The notes beneath the pieces are model-generated. The model was given only the letters and a program-made list of their open reading frames with translations. It made no database searches and was not told where the DNA came from. A stretch of 64,000 bases of DNA from the human T2T-CHM13v2.0 reference genome, Homo sapiens: NCBI RefSeq assembly GCF_009914755.1, contig NC_060926.1; one strand, written 5' to 3'. Shown piece by piece: positions 44,416 through 58,072 of this stretch. The translations under genes and the position numbers were made by a program. The number at the start of each line of letters is the position of its first letter. The first letter of the stretch is position 1.

Positions 44416-47400
44416 ATGTAATGCATGGTGTGTGCCACTATCACAGAGAGGAGATACAGTGGTCAGTAAATATAAGCTCTTCAACTGGATTGCCTAGGGG
44501 ATTCATCAGAGAAGCAGTGTGATCCACAGAGAGCAGAGATGAGTGAGTCAGGGCAGATTCCCAGCAGGATTGGCACAAAGCCAAGGGGGGCTCCCCACTC
44601 TGGGGAAAGGGTGAGTGAATGAGAGCCCCCAGGGACCCACACTTCTGCCATGGACCTTATCAGTACTGAACACAGGAGAGTCCCTCCCTCCCCTCCCCAC
44701 AGGGCCTCCAGACTGACATGGAGAGTTGTGCAAAGTCCGGACAGAGCTGCTGCTCAGACTCATGTGGAAACCCAGGGATCTTGGGTCCCTGAGTGCCCTG
44801 ACTCCAGCAGCTGTAGTTCCACCAACAAGGGAGGTCAGGCTTTCTCACATGCCCCCAGGAAAGGGGCTGCATCCACAGTGCTGAGGAGCAGACAGACTGC
44901 AGACCTCGCCTCTGTTGCACCACTCCAGGCAAAGCTCTGTGACCTGGGACCCCAGGACAACTACACTACCCCAACCTCAGCACTTGACTATAGCAGTTCT
45001 GCATTCCTCTAAGGTGGAGCTCCTAGGGGTAACTAGGAGGTCTACAGCTTTTGCCACTGCCACAGTCCCTGCCCATACTGCCTTCAGGCTGGGAAGGGAG
45101 CAAAGAGCACAAGAGCTATCACCTCGGTTGCTATACAGAAAAGTGGCCAGACTGTTTTCCTCATGGTTCCCTGCCCCTGCTACTCCTCACTGAGGAGGTC
45201 CTCCCAACCTTGGCCCGCAGAACAGCCACCTACCCATGCCTGATCACTTCAGTCAGTGGAGGACCTGCATATCTCTGGGGTAGAATTCCTAGAGACAACC
45301 CATAACCCCTCGGCCTCTGCCACTGCAATGGTGTCACCCTTGTTGCCCTTGGGCTGGAAAGGGAACAAAGACCCTGATCACTTTGCTCACACCCCCAGCA
45401 CATCCCAGCTGCTCTGTGGAGAGCAGCCCAGTGTCTCTTCCCTTTCAGCTCCTAACCCCTTGCTTTTCACCAAGCTAGGCCCCCAGCTTGGGCCCACAGT
45501 GCAACAGCCCCATCCTGAGCTGAACATTCCATTGGCAGCAGCTCTGTATCTCTCTGGGGTGGAGTTCCCAGAGGCAACTTACAGCCCCTCTGCCATTGTC
45601 ACCATAGTGGTACCTCCTTTTCTGCCACTGGGCTGAGAGTGAGCAAAGAACCAGAGTGCTTTACTTGCAACTCTAGCACACTGTGACCACCCTACACAGA
45701 AGAGGCCAGACTGTCTTCACCATGAGCCCTCCCATCTGCTCCCTGGCTTGGGCCTGCAATGCAGCTACCCTACCCAGATTAGATTAGCAGCAGTTCTGTG
45801 TTTTCCTGTGGCAGAACCCCCAGAGACAAGTTTAAGACCCTTGCTGCTGCCACTGCCAAGGTCGCCACTCCTGCTGCCCCCAAGCTGGGGAGGGAACCGA
45901 AAGCCTGAGCTCACCCTGGGTTTGCCATGCACAGCCTGGGAGTGCCAAGCCAATATTTGTGGCCAGCACTTGAGTGTGACAGAAGCCTCCACTCTCAGAA
46001 CTCTGAGAGGTAGCACAGCTGCAAATGTGAGGAAATATTGAGGAGGAGCACTGATCAGTAAGAGCCTATTTATGGACACTACATGTAAGTTCCATCTACT
46101 GGATCACAGCACAAACTTCAACGGGAAAAAAACTTGGCTAATATTCCTCCTTGTGAAACCAATGACAATAATTCAGCCACAAATGAAGACCCTACGCAAA
46201 GCTTCAGCCTTCCGCAAACATCTAGAAATGAAGCCAACTGATGGTACTCAAATGTCACCACAGTTAAAGAACATCAGTCCACACAGATGAGAAAGAACCA
46301 GTGCTAAAACTCTGGCAACTCTAAAAGCCAAAATGTCCTCTTACATATAAATGACTGTACTAGCTCCCCAGATATGGTTCTTAACCAGAATAAAATGGCT
46401 GAAATGACAGATGTAAAATACAGAATTTAGATGGCAACAAAAATCAAGATTCAGAAGAAAGCTGAAATCTAATCCAAGGAATCTAAGGAATCCAGTAAAA
46501 CAATACACAAGCTGAAAGATAAAGTATCTGTTTTAAGAAAGAACAAAAGTGACCTGACAGAGATGAAAAACTAACTATAAGAACTTCATAAAACAATCAG
46601 AATTATTAGCAGCAAAATAAACAAAGCTGAGGAAAGAATCTCTGAGCTTGAAGACTGGTTCTTTGAATTAACTCAGTCAGACAAAAGTAAAGTAAAAATG
46701 TATTTGAAAAAATAAACAAAATATCTCGGAAGAAATATAGGACTATGTAAAGAGACCAAATTTGTGACTCAGTGGCATCACTGAAAGAAAAGGAAGGAGA
46801 GTAAGCAACTTAGAAAACATATTTGATGGTCTTGTTCATGAAAATCTCCCCAAACTCACCAGAGAGGTTGACACAGAAACCTGGGAAATTCAGAGATCTT
46901 TGCAAGATACAATACATGATGACCATCTCCAAGACAAAAAGACATCAGATTCACCATAGTCACTGTGAAATAAAAAATACTAAAGTCAGGTAGAGAGAAA
47001 AGGCACCTGTATAGGGAACCCTGTCTGCCTGACAGTGGATCTTTCAGCAGAAACCCTAAAAGCCAGAAGAAATTGAGGGCTCATATTCAGCATCCATAAA
47101 TAAAAGAAATTACCATTTTGGAGGCCAAGGTGGGTGGATCACTTGAGCTCAGGAATTCAAGACCAGCCTGGGCAACATGGTGAAATCTCGCCTCTACCAA
47201 AAATTAAAAAAAAAAAAAAAAAAATAGCTAGGCGTGGTGGTATGTCTAGGTGACAGAATGTGGCTCCATCTTAAAAATAAAGAAAAGAAATTCCAGTCAA
47301 CAATTTCATATCCCACTAAACTAAGCTTCATAAGCAAAGAAGAAATACAATCCTTTTTAGACAAGTAAATCCTAAGAGAATTTATTACTACCAGACCTGC

Positions 47401-48740
47401 CTTGCATATGGTTTTTACTAAGGGAGTACTAAACACGAAAACAAAAGACAGTTACTGGCCACCACAAAAACACACTTAAGTATGAAAATCATTGACTCTT
47501 AAAGCACAATTAAGTCTACATAAAAACCAGCTAACAACATATGACAAAATCAAATCCTCAAATATTAATATTGAGTTTGAATGTAACTGTGCTAAATGCC
47601 CCACTTAAAAGGCACAGGGTGGCAAGTTGGATAAAGAAGCAAGACCCAACTGTATGCTGCCTTCAGGAGACCTGTCTCACATGCAAGGATACCCATAGGC
47701 TCAAAGTAAAGGGATAGAGAAAGATATATCAGGCAAACAGGAAAAAAGAATCAGGGGTTGCTATGCTTATTTCAGACAAAACATACATTAAACTAACAAT
47801 AATCAAAAAGGACAAAGAAGGGCACTACGTAATTATAAAGGGTTCAGTACAATAAAACTTATCTATCCTAAATATATATGCACACAACACTGTGGCACCC
47901 AGATTAATAAAAGAAGTTGTTAGAGATTTATGAACAGACTTATAACCACACAATAGTAGTCAGAGACTTCAACACCACACTGACAATATTAGACAGATCA
48001 TCAAGGTACAGTACTAACAAAGATATTCAGGATCTAAACTCAACAGTTGGTCAAATGGACCTAAGAGACATCTACAGAACACTCCAGACAGCAACAACAC
48101 AATACACATTTTTTTCATCTGCACATAGCACATACTCTAAAATTGACGACATACTTGGCCAAAAAGCAATTCTCAACAGATTAAAAAATAAATCCCAAAA
48201 CACAAAATCACACAAACCACAATCTTGGGCCATAGTGCAATAAAAAATGACATCAATACCAAGAAGATCTCTCAAAGCAACTAAATTACATGGTAATTAA
48301 ACAACTTGCTCCTGAATGACTTTTGGCTAAAGAATGAAATTAAGGCAGAAATCAAGAAATTATTTGAAAATAATGAAAACAAAGATGAAACATACTAGAA
48401 TCTCTGGGATCCAGCTAAAGCAGTATTAAGAGGAAAGTTTATAGTGCTTAACACCCACATCAAAAAGTTAGAAAGGTCTCAAATTAAAGTCACCAAAGTT
48501 TCAGGATTCAAAGTTAACATACAAAAATCAGTAGCATTTCTACACACAAATGATGTTCAAACTGAGCTAAATCAAGAACACAATCCCATTCACAATAGCC
48601 ACAAAAGGAATAAAATTACATTTCACCTAAAGGAACTAGAAAGACAAAAACAAACCAACCCCAAGGCTAGCAGAAGAAAAAACTAACCAAAATCAGAACT
48701 GAACTAAATGAAATGGAAAGGAGAAAACACATACAAAAGC
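44416..48740 (+). mobile_element. 5' portion of an old primate L1 (L1PB/L1P4/L1PREC2-like): long GC-rich 5' UTR, ORF1, ORF2 endonuclease region
   Basis: ORF1 relics (aagctgaggaaagaatctctgagcttgaagactgg, tcagcagaaaccct..aagccagaaga). ORF2 start atgacaaaatcaaatcctca near 47541. ORF 47917 VRDFNTTLTILDRSS...FFSSAHSTYSKID. Confidence 0.9.
47116..47280 (+). mobile_element. Partial old Alu (5'-truncated, right arm internally deleted)
   Basis: ttggaggccaaggtgggtggatcacttgagctcagg...ggcgtggtggtatgtctaggtgacagaatgtggctccatctt; TSD aaa(t/g)aaaagaaatt. Confidence 0.88.
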
Positions 48741-49790
48741 TTGTGGTAAGGTTATCATTCACATTTAGGATCTTTAAGATTTTTCTCACCTTTGGCAAGC
48801 CTTTTGGGAGCTTTATTGCCTGGTTTGATTATTTAGATTTTAACCACCAAGATTTCAATCTCGAGTGTTCTTGCCTTTCTCAGGACAAGATTGCCTGCAT
48901 TGTCCATTCACTATAATCACTGGGAACAAAATAACCAAGTGATGGCCCTGTCTCTCCACAAGTTCTAGACACACATCTCCAGTCCAATTTTTTAGAAGTA
49001 ACACTAGATTTTTATGGTGTTCAGGGTCAAACATCCCCATGAGTTTGATAATTTATTGATTTGTCTCCTGGAACAGTGGCATAAGGAGTTTGAAGTGACC
49101 AACTGGTATAGTTACTTCTTGGTGGAAGTCTTCCTCAACTAGGACCCAGAATCTCTAATCCAGCAGAGCCTAAGATTTCACTGGTGAAAAACACAACTTC
49201 TTTAATTGTATCGCTGGGAGTGATGGGGAGAGAGACAAACTTTACTCCTGTACTTCATATCCTTGGCTTCCCTATTGTAGATATTATGGATACAGAAAAA
49301 TATGCAAGTGATTGGAATGTGTATACTACATCCTGGAACAAAGCTCCCCAATCTCACACAGTACTGTCACCAAGCTGACCCTTTTGCTGAACTGTTAACA
49401 CATAATGTTACTGTTGTATTAGGTTTGCTGTTTCTGGATAATGAGGTAGGATATATAGAAGTCCTTAGATAATGGTTCTGTCAGAGCACTGTGATAAGAG
49501 AGGAAGAACTTTATAAGTTTTTTTTTTTTTTGCAGGTATCCTGTAAGAACAAATTGCTGCCTCCTCCAGGTGGAAAGGGATCAAATATAATTAATCTGTG
49601 TGTGCCACACAGTAGCTTGATAGTTTAATTGAGGAATGTTGACATATTGAGAGCTCAGCATTACTTTCTGCTATCAGCAGTGACGGTAAGTAGCTAACTC
49701 TTATTGAGATAAAGCCTGTGCTATTGGGCCCATACATAGTCTCTGTCTTTGCCACCAAAGCCACTTTATACTTATGACTATAAGTGTCTC
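48741..49790 (-). mobile_element. Ancient ERVL/MaLR internal-region relic (integrase/dUTPase-side)
   Basis: Minus strand ggctctgctggattagagattctgggtcctag...cttccaccaag...ggtcacttcaaactccttatgccactg resembles the ERVL internal segment ctctgctggcctagaggtcttagttcc...ccaccaggagac. Confidence 0.6.
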
Positions 49791-50059
49791 AGCCACCACA
49801 TTCCTGAATGCCTCACTGAACACCTATACTCACACTCACTGTACATTTCAACCAACAATGGGTTATTGTATTACCACCAAATGCAAGGTTATTAGCAATT
49901 CACTTCTATATATCTGGGGGATAGGCAGTCAGGGTAGAAATGCAGAATAAATAAGAGGAAAGTGAGAAGTGAAAGAAAAAGAAAAATATGTACTTCAAAG
50001 ATAATGAGGTATGATATATACCTTTCATGTTCATTTAAATATACATCTATGTGTGCTCC

Positions 50060-50450
50060 CATGCATAGATATGTACTTATTTATATGCCATAATGCAAAG
50101 CAGTTATAATGAAATTGAGTTAGAATTGTGTGTCCTGACTTGTAGAACTGCATGTGTTACACTAAGTGAAAATAGAAGGTTGCAAAGTGGTGTGTACGGT
50201 ATGATTCTGCATCTGTAAAAATAAATGCAATATATATTTGTATAAAGAGGAGTTTTTTAATATACAAAAATCATTTTATATTGATTAACATAGTGGGAGA
50301 ACAAGATAAGTACAGGGGAGGTAAAGAAGACATCATGTTTAGCTCCATCTTTATATCCTTTTCCCTCTCTTCTTTCATTTTTTATACCGTAAGAAGGTAT
50401 TATTCTGTGTTACCAATAATTCAATTTAAAAAGTAAAATATAAATACATA
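50060..50450 (+). mobile_element. L1ME-type 3' fragment
   Basis: actaagtgaaaatagaaggttgcaaagtggtgtgtacggtatgattc. Confidence 0.45.
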
Positions 50451-51357
50451 TAAGTTTGGAAAAACATATAACAAAATGTCTAGATTGATTTTCTTAGGCT
50501 GAGTAAATGTTTCAGGTTGTCTTCTTCAAAATTTGAATGCTGTTTAAAATTAAATGATTTCTATAATTTTAAAATACAAAATAGTATACCAAATAAGGCA
50601 GTTGTGAATGTTGATCCTAACTCATGATGCATTTGAACACTCATGTTATCTAAATAGAATTACAATATTTTTTATTTCTCACTGAAAGATTAACAGCATC
50701 TTCTGTTCTAAAGAATGAAGTGAAAGTGGCTGAGACACACAGTGCACTGTGATATTTAGATGGACCTTTGCAATAAGTTTTAAAGCTGTGTTTTTATTAT
50801 GTAATCTATTTTGTGGGCTCTGTTGAGAACAACTGTCCTTGTAGCCATTCAAGAGAAGCAGAGTTCAGGTAATCTCATCCTTTGCTCTACCTCAAAGTGG
50901 TTAACCCTCTCTCCTTTCTGTGCACACATTCCAGTCAGCACAAAGACACTTTTCATTACCTCCTAAAAACCACAACATCAGTATCTTTTGGATTTGTAGA
51001 TAACCCTAAAATCATCATAAAGGGTCTTTGAGGCATCTGGTAAAGCTCTCTCACAGAGATGCTAATTGGAAGGAGGTGCTGGGCTTTTACACTTAAGCTC
51101 TATGTGTATTTAAGGTTGAACAAGATATAAAGTGAAAAGAGAAGAGAAAGTTATCTGCTCTCATGCTCTCATTTCTAATGTGAGCTCCAAGAGAGAAATT
51201 CTCTATAGAGCATCTTAAGACGTTTTAGAGGCATTCTTGACTTACTCCCTCCTGTAACACTTTATAATAATTTAGGGGATGAAAATATGTCTCAGATAGC
51301 TTGCTGGATTCCCTAAAAAAACAAGAAGGTGAAAATGGGAGAGAATATTAGTAGGCA

Positions 51358-51540
51358 TGCACACATGTGTTAATACACACACACACACACACACATACAT
51401 AAACGTACACACAAACTGAGCATGGAAAGAAGAAAGGTGGGTGTTGGACAAGACAAAGGAAAAGGAGAGGGAGAGAGAGACAAAGAGAAAGAGAGAGAAG
51501 AGTCTCACAAAGGAAGAGTAGGAAAGGAGGAGAAAATAAA
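51358..51540. repeat. (CA)n microsatellite followed by a GA-rich tract
   Basis: acacacacacacacacacacatacat; ggagagggagagagacaaagagaaagagagag. Confidence 0.85.
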
Positions 51541-54500
51541 ATCAACAAAGGTAGGTTTCACGCTTGTCTCAAATGAGTATGTTCTCCACAGCCTGTATTT
51601 ATTAGCTGAAGCGATATACCAGACTGATAGTACTGGATAAAGAAGCTAAAAAGGCATATATCTTTGAATAATGTTGACAGAGATGAAGGGACATGAGTGA
51701 AGAGAGGAGAGTTCGGATCTGAAAATACATAGATGAGTACATGATGTAGATCCTTGATGACTTTAATATTGGAAAATAGAAAAGGTGCAGTGCTCTCATG
51801 TAGTAGGCACTAAAAACATGCTGGTGAGCTACCTCTGTATTAGGCAGTAAGTTTGTGTCACATATCTCCTATGAAGGGATATTTGTGGGATTATTTGCTC
51901 CCTAAAATCTTAGAAGAGCCAGCAGGCTCTATGAGAGACACTTTCTTACATTGTCTCCACAAAAAGTTTACTTGGGAAGCAAATACTGAGTACTGTAATA
52001 TCAGAAGTCAGCAGGATATATTTTCTCAAGTACACAGCCCTTATATAATTACTAAATTTAATATAATTTTATTTCAAATGTACATTAAATGTAATGCTTT
52101 TGAGAGAAAAAGAATATATACACTCAAAATTCTTTCAAGGAATTCAAATAATTCCTCCAAAATAATTTTAAAATATATTATTAAGTTTCATTACATTAAA
52201 TGTTTAATTTGTATACAACTTTGAAAATTAAAAACTTATTTTATTTCATAGATTTTGTGCTTTAATGAATTATATTACTATGGATATATATCTTCTTTGC
52301 CATAGTGAATTAAAACTCTCAGTATTTTTATTGGTATTATACGCTGACAATCACTTTACTCAGAAATATTCAATGATGTAAATATTTTTAGCATAAACTT
52401 ACATATTCGTATCAAAATTTTTTCTAGGCATGATTAAACAGGTAACTTTTCTTTAAAGTTTACCCATATGTGGTCATCCATATCTCAGTTTTCTACATAG
52501 ATTACAAAGGCATACAACTTAGCTTCCAATTACTTTTAACCTTTCCTACCACTTCTTTAATAGAAAGGAGAACACAGCATCCTACATATCATAGTACAAA
52601 GTATAACTCTAAAGCTATTGCTATGTGATATATCGCACTAGAAAAAGGAACAAGTAATCGTTAACTGCATTTATGTAACACAGTACTACAAAACTGATTA
52701 AACTCTAACCTTACCCAACTCCTCTATAACTAGTGCCCTCAAAAAGCTCATTCTTTCACACATTATGCTTTGCTACTTCTCCACTCTGTCTGCAATTTTC
52801 ATTTTATTTCTCTGCCTCTAGTTCCCCATTCTTCATGAATTCAGTAATTCATCTCTATAAACACATATTAAATTTCAGTGTTAGAAACGTAGTCCTCAAG
52901 CATCAGAAGGAGTGCCAGGATGAGGACTTCTGAAAAATCCTCTTTTCCATAAAAGCAATGAGAAAACTGGCTAAAATCAGCTTTTACAGAACTCTGGAAA
53001 TTAACCAAAGGCTTGCAGCAATCCAGGGTGCATCATTCAAGAAAAATGGCAGAATCACAGTAAGAACAGTGAGCTTTGCCATTTGACTGGCTTATGCCCA
53101 TTGCTGCACCATCTTTACAGTAGCTTTGAAAACCAACAGCCTGCAGTCACAGTGAAAACCAAAAGCCTGGCAGCCACTGGAGGGGGCAGAAGTGGATTGA
53201 ATCTCCTTGAAACCCCATACCCAGACAATTGTCCTTCCTTGATACGTTTGGTAATTTTCCAGAAGATCCTATACAGAAGGTTTTTTATTTTACCTGACTC
53301 AGAGCTTGAGAGAATAGCCTTTTCTCTAGAGAAAACAACAAACAGTAGCAATTGTTTACTATCATGACTGAGCCAGCAGTGAGTAACAGTTAGGGCAAAC
53401 AATAGGCAAACAAAATAATCTCAGAAATGTGTTAAGCAAGTGGTCTATATTTCAATAGTTTTGACACATTTCTGGGGTATAGAAGGCCACTTATATTGGT
53501 AGGGTTATGCATGTATTCAGGCCCTTGCACGTGATCTGTGCTTCCATTTCTCACTGACCTTGAAATTCAGCCTAAGCAGAAAAAGAAGGCTAAGTAAGAA
53601 TTGTCAACTGTGTTCGTGAGTTTTAAAGAGATGATCCAAAATGCAGACACAGCCCCTTAGGAAAGACTGGAAAAAGTATTTGTTCCAAGCATTAAAGAAA
53701 ATCTCTGTTTAACTATTAGCTGACCAGTAAGCTAAGTAAAGACTCCCACGTCCACACATGATAAAGAATAAAGACATTAGAGAATTAGCTCAGAGAAAGT
53801 AACTCATCCAACAGTCATAATAACAAAACCTGAGGAGTAGAGAATATATGATTTCCAGAACTCTGGAAATGTGTAGTTTTCACCAAAAGTGTTCTTACCC
53901 AGAAATAAAAAGTAGTCACTTGAAAATACCGCTAAGAAAGCCCACATGTTGGATTTACTAGACAAAGACTTTTAAAATTAGCTATTTTAATAAGGTGAAA
54001 GAACTAAAGAAAGCCACATCTAAAGATTTAAAGAAAAATGTGAGAATGATGTCCCACAAAACAGAGAATACAAATAGTGCTAGCAATTGTTTTTTTAAAA
54101 AAACTATACAAAATTTCTAATGTTGTATACTACAATAACTAAAGTGAAAAATTCACTAGAGGAGGCTTCAGCAGATTTGATCAGGCAGAAGTAAGAAAAA
54201 GCAAATTTAAAGACAGGTCAATTAAAATGACCCAGTGCGAGAAAAAGAAAGCAAATAATTGTAATTATAATAAATAAATAAATACAGAAAAATAAATTAG
54301 GCTTCAGACACCTGTGGGATACCATCAAGCTTGTTATATAAATAATGAGAATTATAGAAGAATAGGGACAGAAATACAGAAATGACATTTGAAAAAATAA
54401 GTGAAAAATTTCCAGATCTGGAGAAAAATATTAAATTATTTTGACTGGCTTATGCCCATTGCTACACTACATGCTGTGTACAAAGGGATACACATTAGAT

Positions 54501-57500
54501 TCAAATAAATAGTTTAAAACTAGAAGATTGGAAAAGAATACCACACAATTCGTTGCCAAAAGATAGCAGGAATGGTAACGCTAATAAATTAAACATATAA
54601 TAGTCTCAACAAACATCAAGAAGGAAAATTCAAAGATGTTTACACCTAGACACACTATACTCAAACTGTTGAAAGACTAAGATAAAGAGGGAATCTCAGA
54701 AGTAGCAAGAGAGAAGCAATTCATCGACTGCAAGGTAGCTATAATAAGAATAACTGTTGATTTCTCAGTAGAAATAATGAAGCTGTGAAGACAATGGTAT
54801 GCAAATTTAAAGTACTGAAAGAAAAGTCTATCAAACAAGAATACTATTCTTCAAAAGTTAAGGATAAATAGAGATATTTTTAGATAAACAAAACCTGAGA
54901 GTATTCACCTCAAGCAGATCTGCCTGATAAGAAATAATAAAGGTAGTCTTTCAGGATGTAATGAAAGGATACTAGACGTAACTTGAATCAAGATAAAGAA
55001 ATAAAAACTACCAATAATAGTAACTACATAGATAAATATTAAATATCATTATAAGTATATTTTTAATACTCCATAAAGTAATAATTATAAACTTGTACTT
55101 ATAAAAATTCAATAATAAAAATGTATAAACGCATAACTTGTATGTCAATAAAATCACAAGTTTGGGGGAGAACTATATAGAAGCAAATATTTCATATACA
55201 ATTTAAATAAAGTTAGTATTGACATGAAATAGCCTGTAATAAATTAAGATGTCAATTGCAACCCCAGAAAAGACACTGAGAATATAACTCCAAAATAATA
55301 TGGTAAAAATGTTACAAGAGAATTAAAGTGGTATCTTAGAAAATATCTAATTAGCACAAAAGAAGGAAATGATGTTGGAATAAAGAAATTAAGAAGACAT
55401 AAGACATATAATAGAAAAATATAAGATATAAATTTTACCTTATCATTAATTACATTAAATAAACCTGTAAATAAATTACACCTTCAATCAAAAGGCAGAG
55501 ATTGGCAAGATGGGTTTAAAAAATTTTTACCCAACTACATGCTGTCTACAAAGGGATACACATTAGATTCAAAGAAATACTTTGAACCTAGAAGATTGGA
55601 AAAGAATACCATACAATTAGTTGCCAAAAGATAGCAGGAGTGGTAATGCTAATATCAGACAAAATAGACTTTGTAAAAAAAAATTTTTACTAGAGACAAA
55701 TGAAGACATTTTATAAGGATAAAATATCAACCCATCAAGAAGATATAACAATTATAAACATATTTCTGGCTATAACAGAGCCCCCAAATTTATGAAACAT
55801 AAACAGAATTGAAGAAAAAAATATATATCTCATTAAGAGTTGAAGTCTTTAATACTTCATTTTCAATAGTAGATAGAACAACTAGGAAGGATAACAGGGA
55901 ATACAAGGCTTGAATTATAAAGTAATCTAAGTATAGCCAATGGACATCTATAGAACACCATACTCAAGAATAACAGGATACATATGTTTCTTCTCAATTA
56001 CACATAAAATATTTTGCAGGATAGACCATACTGAAAATGCCATAAAACAAGTTAAATAAATTTAAGAGGGCCAAAATCACACAAAAGTATGATTTTCTGA
56101 TCATAATAAAATGAAATTAGAAATAAATAACAAAAGGAAATTACAGAAATTCATAAATGTGTGGAAATTAAACAACACACACACAAACAACAAATGGGCA
56201 GAAAAGGAAACCACAAATGAAAATTAAGAAATATGTTGATATAAATTAAAGAATATATAACATACCCAAACTTAGGAGATGCCGTAACAGCATTACTTAG
56301 AAAGAAATTTATAGGTGCAAACACTTACTAAACAAGAACTTAAATCATTAACCTAACTTTCCACCTTAAGGCATTAGAAAAAGTGTATATTAATGTGAAA
56401 CAAGAAAAATGATGAGAATTATACAGATCAGGAGAGAAATAAATAAAATGTAGAAAACAAGTAGTTTACCTGGACCAACCAAAAAAAAATTACTCTTTTC
56501 CAAAACCAGGAATGAAAACTTGAAGATCATTAAAAAGATTAGAGACATGAAAAAGATGAAAAAGCTATAAAAATATATAAGAAAAAGTTAAATAATGTAA
56601 ATGGAATGGAAATTTTTTTGAAAGATTAAAAACTGCCTCACTGAAGGAGTAGAAAATCTGAATAAATCTATAACATAACAAAGATATGGAACTGATCATC
56701 AAAATTTTTCCACAAATAAAAGCCTAGGACTCAGTTGTTTCACTGGTAAATTCTAACAAACATTTAAATAATAACTAACAAAAATTCTTTTGAAACTCTC
56801 TCCAAAATAGAAGAAACACTTTCTCATTTTTGAGGCCAATATTACCATGATACTGAAGCCAGACAAATACATTACATAAAAATCATTTAAGTCTAATAGC
56901 TGGCCCTTATGATTATAGATTTCTTCACAAAATACCAGCAAACTGCATCCAGAATAATAAAATGAATAATTACCATGATCAAGTGGGATTTATCTTAAAA
57001 ATGCAAGGGTGGTTCAACATACAAAAATCAATAAATGTAATTTATCATATTAACAGAACGGAAAAAATACACGATCTCTCAATAGCTGCAGAAAACACAT
57101 CTGAAAAAATTCAGTGTACTTTCACTGCAAAAACACTCAACAAACTAGCAATAGATGTAAAGTCCCTCAATATAATAACAGATATCTATAAAAAATCTAT
57201 AGCTAACACATTTAGTGGCAAAAGATTGAAAGCTGTTTCCCTAATTTGGACACAGACAAGGTAGTATGTGCTAGCTATTTCCATTGAACATTGTGCTGGA
57301 GTTTCTAGACAATGCAATTAAATAAGAAAAATAAATAAAAAACATTCTCATTGAAAAGTAAAAGCTATTAGTAAAGGATATTGTCTTATGTGTAGATATT
57401 CATAAGGAATACACACACACATACACACACACACATTTTAGAGTTACTCCAGCAAAAATAAGGAACACAAGATTAACATACAAAAATCAATTTTGTCACC

Positions 57501-57775
57501 ACAAATGAACAATTTGAAAATAAAATTATGAAAATAATTCCATGTACAATAGCATCAAGAGGAATAAAACTCTTAAAAATAAAGGTAACTAAAGAAGCAT
57601 AAGACTTGTGCACTGAAAACTGCAGAACATTATTGAAGGAAATTTAAAAAGAGCTAAATAAATGAAAATACATTCTGTGTTCATGGATTGGAAATGTAGT
57701 ATTGTTAAAATGGCAATATCCCTTCACATTGATCTGAAAATTCAATACAATCTTGATCAGATTTCCAGTTGATTT

Positions 57776-58072
57776 CTTTTTTTTTTTTTGAGATGGAGTC
57801 TTGCTCTGTCGCCCAGGCTGCAGTGCAGTGGCATGATCTTGGCTCAGTGATAGCTCTGCCTCCCAGGTTCACACCATTCTCCTGCCTCAGCCTCCCAAGT
57901 AGCTGGGACTACAGGTGCCCGCCACCATGCCCGGCTACTTTTTTGCATTTTTTTACTAGAGATGGGGTTTCACTGTGTTAGCCAGGATGGTCTCGGTCTC
58001 CTGACCTCGTGATCCACCCGCCTCGGCCTCCCAAAGTGCTGGGATTACAGGCGTGAGCCACTTTGCCTGGCC
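57776..58072 (-). mobile_element. AluY
   Basis: ggttcacaccattctcc, tgtgttagccaggatggtctcg; TSD tccagttga(t/c)tt at 57764 and 58073. Confidence 0.95.
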
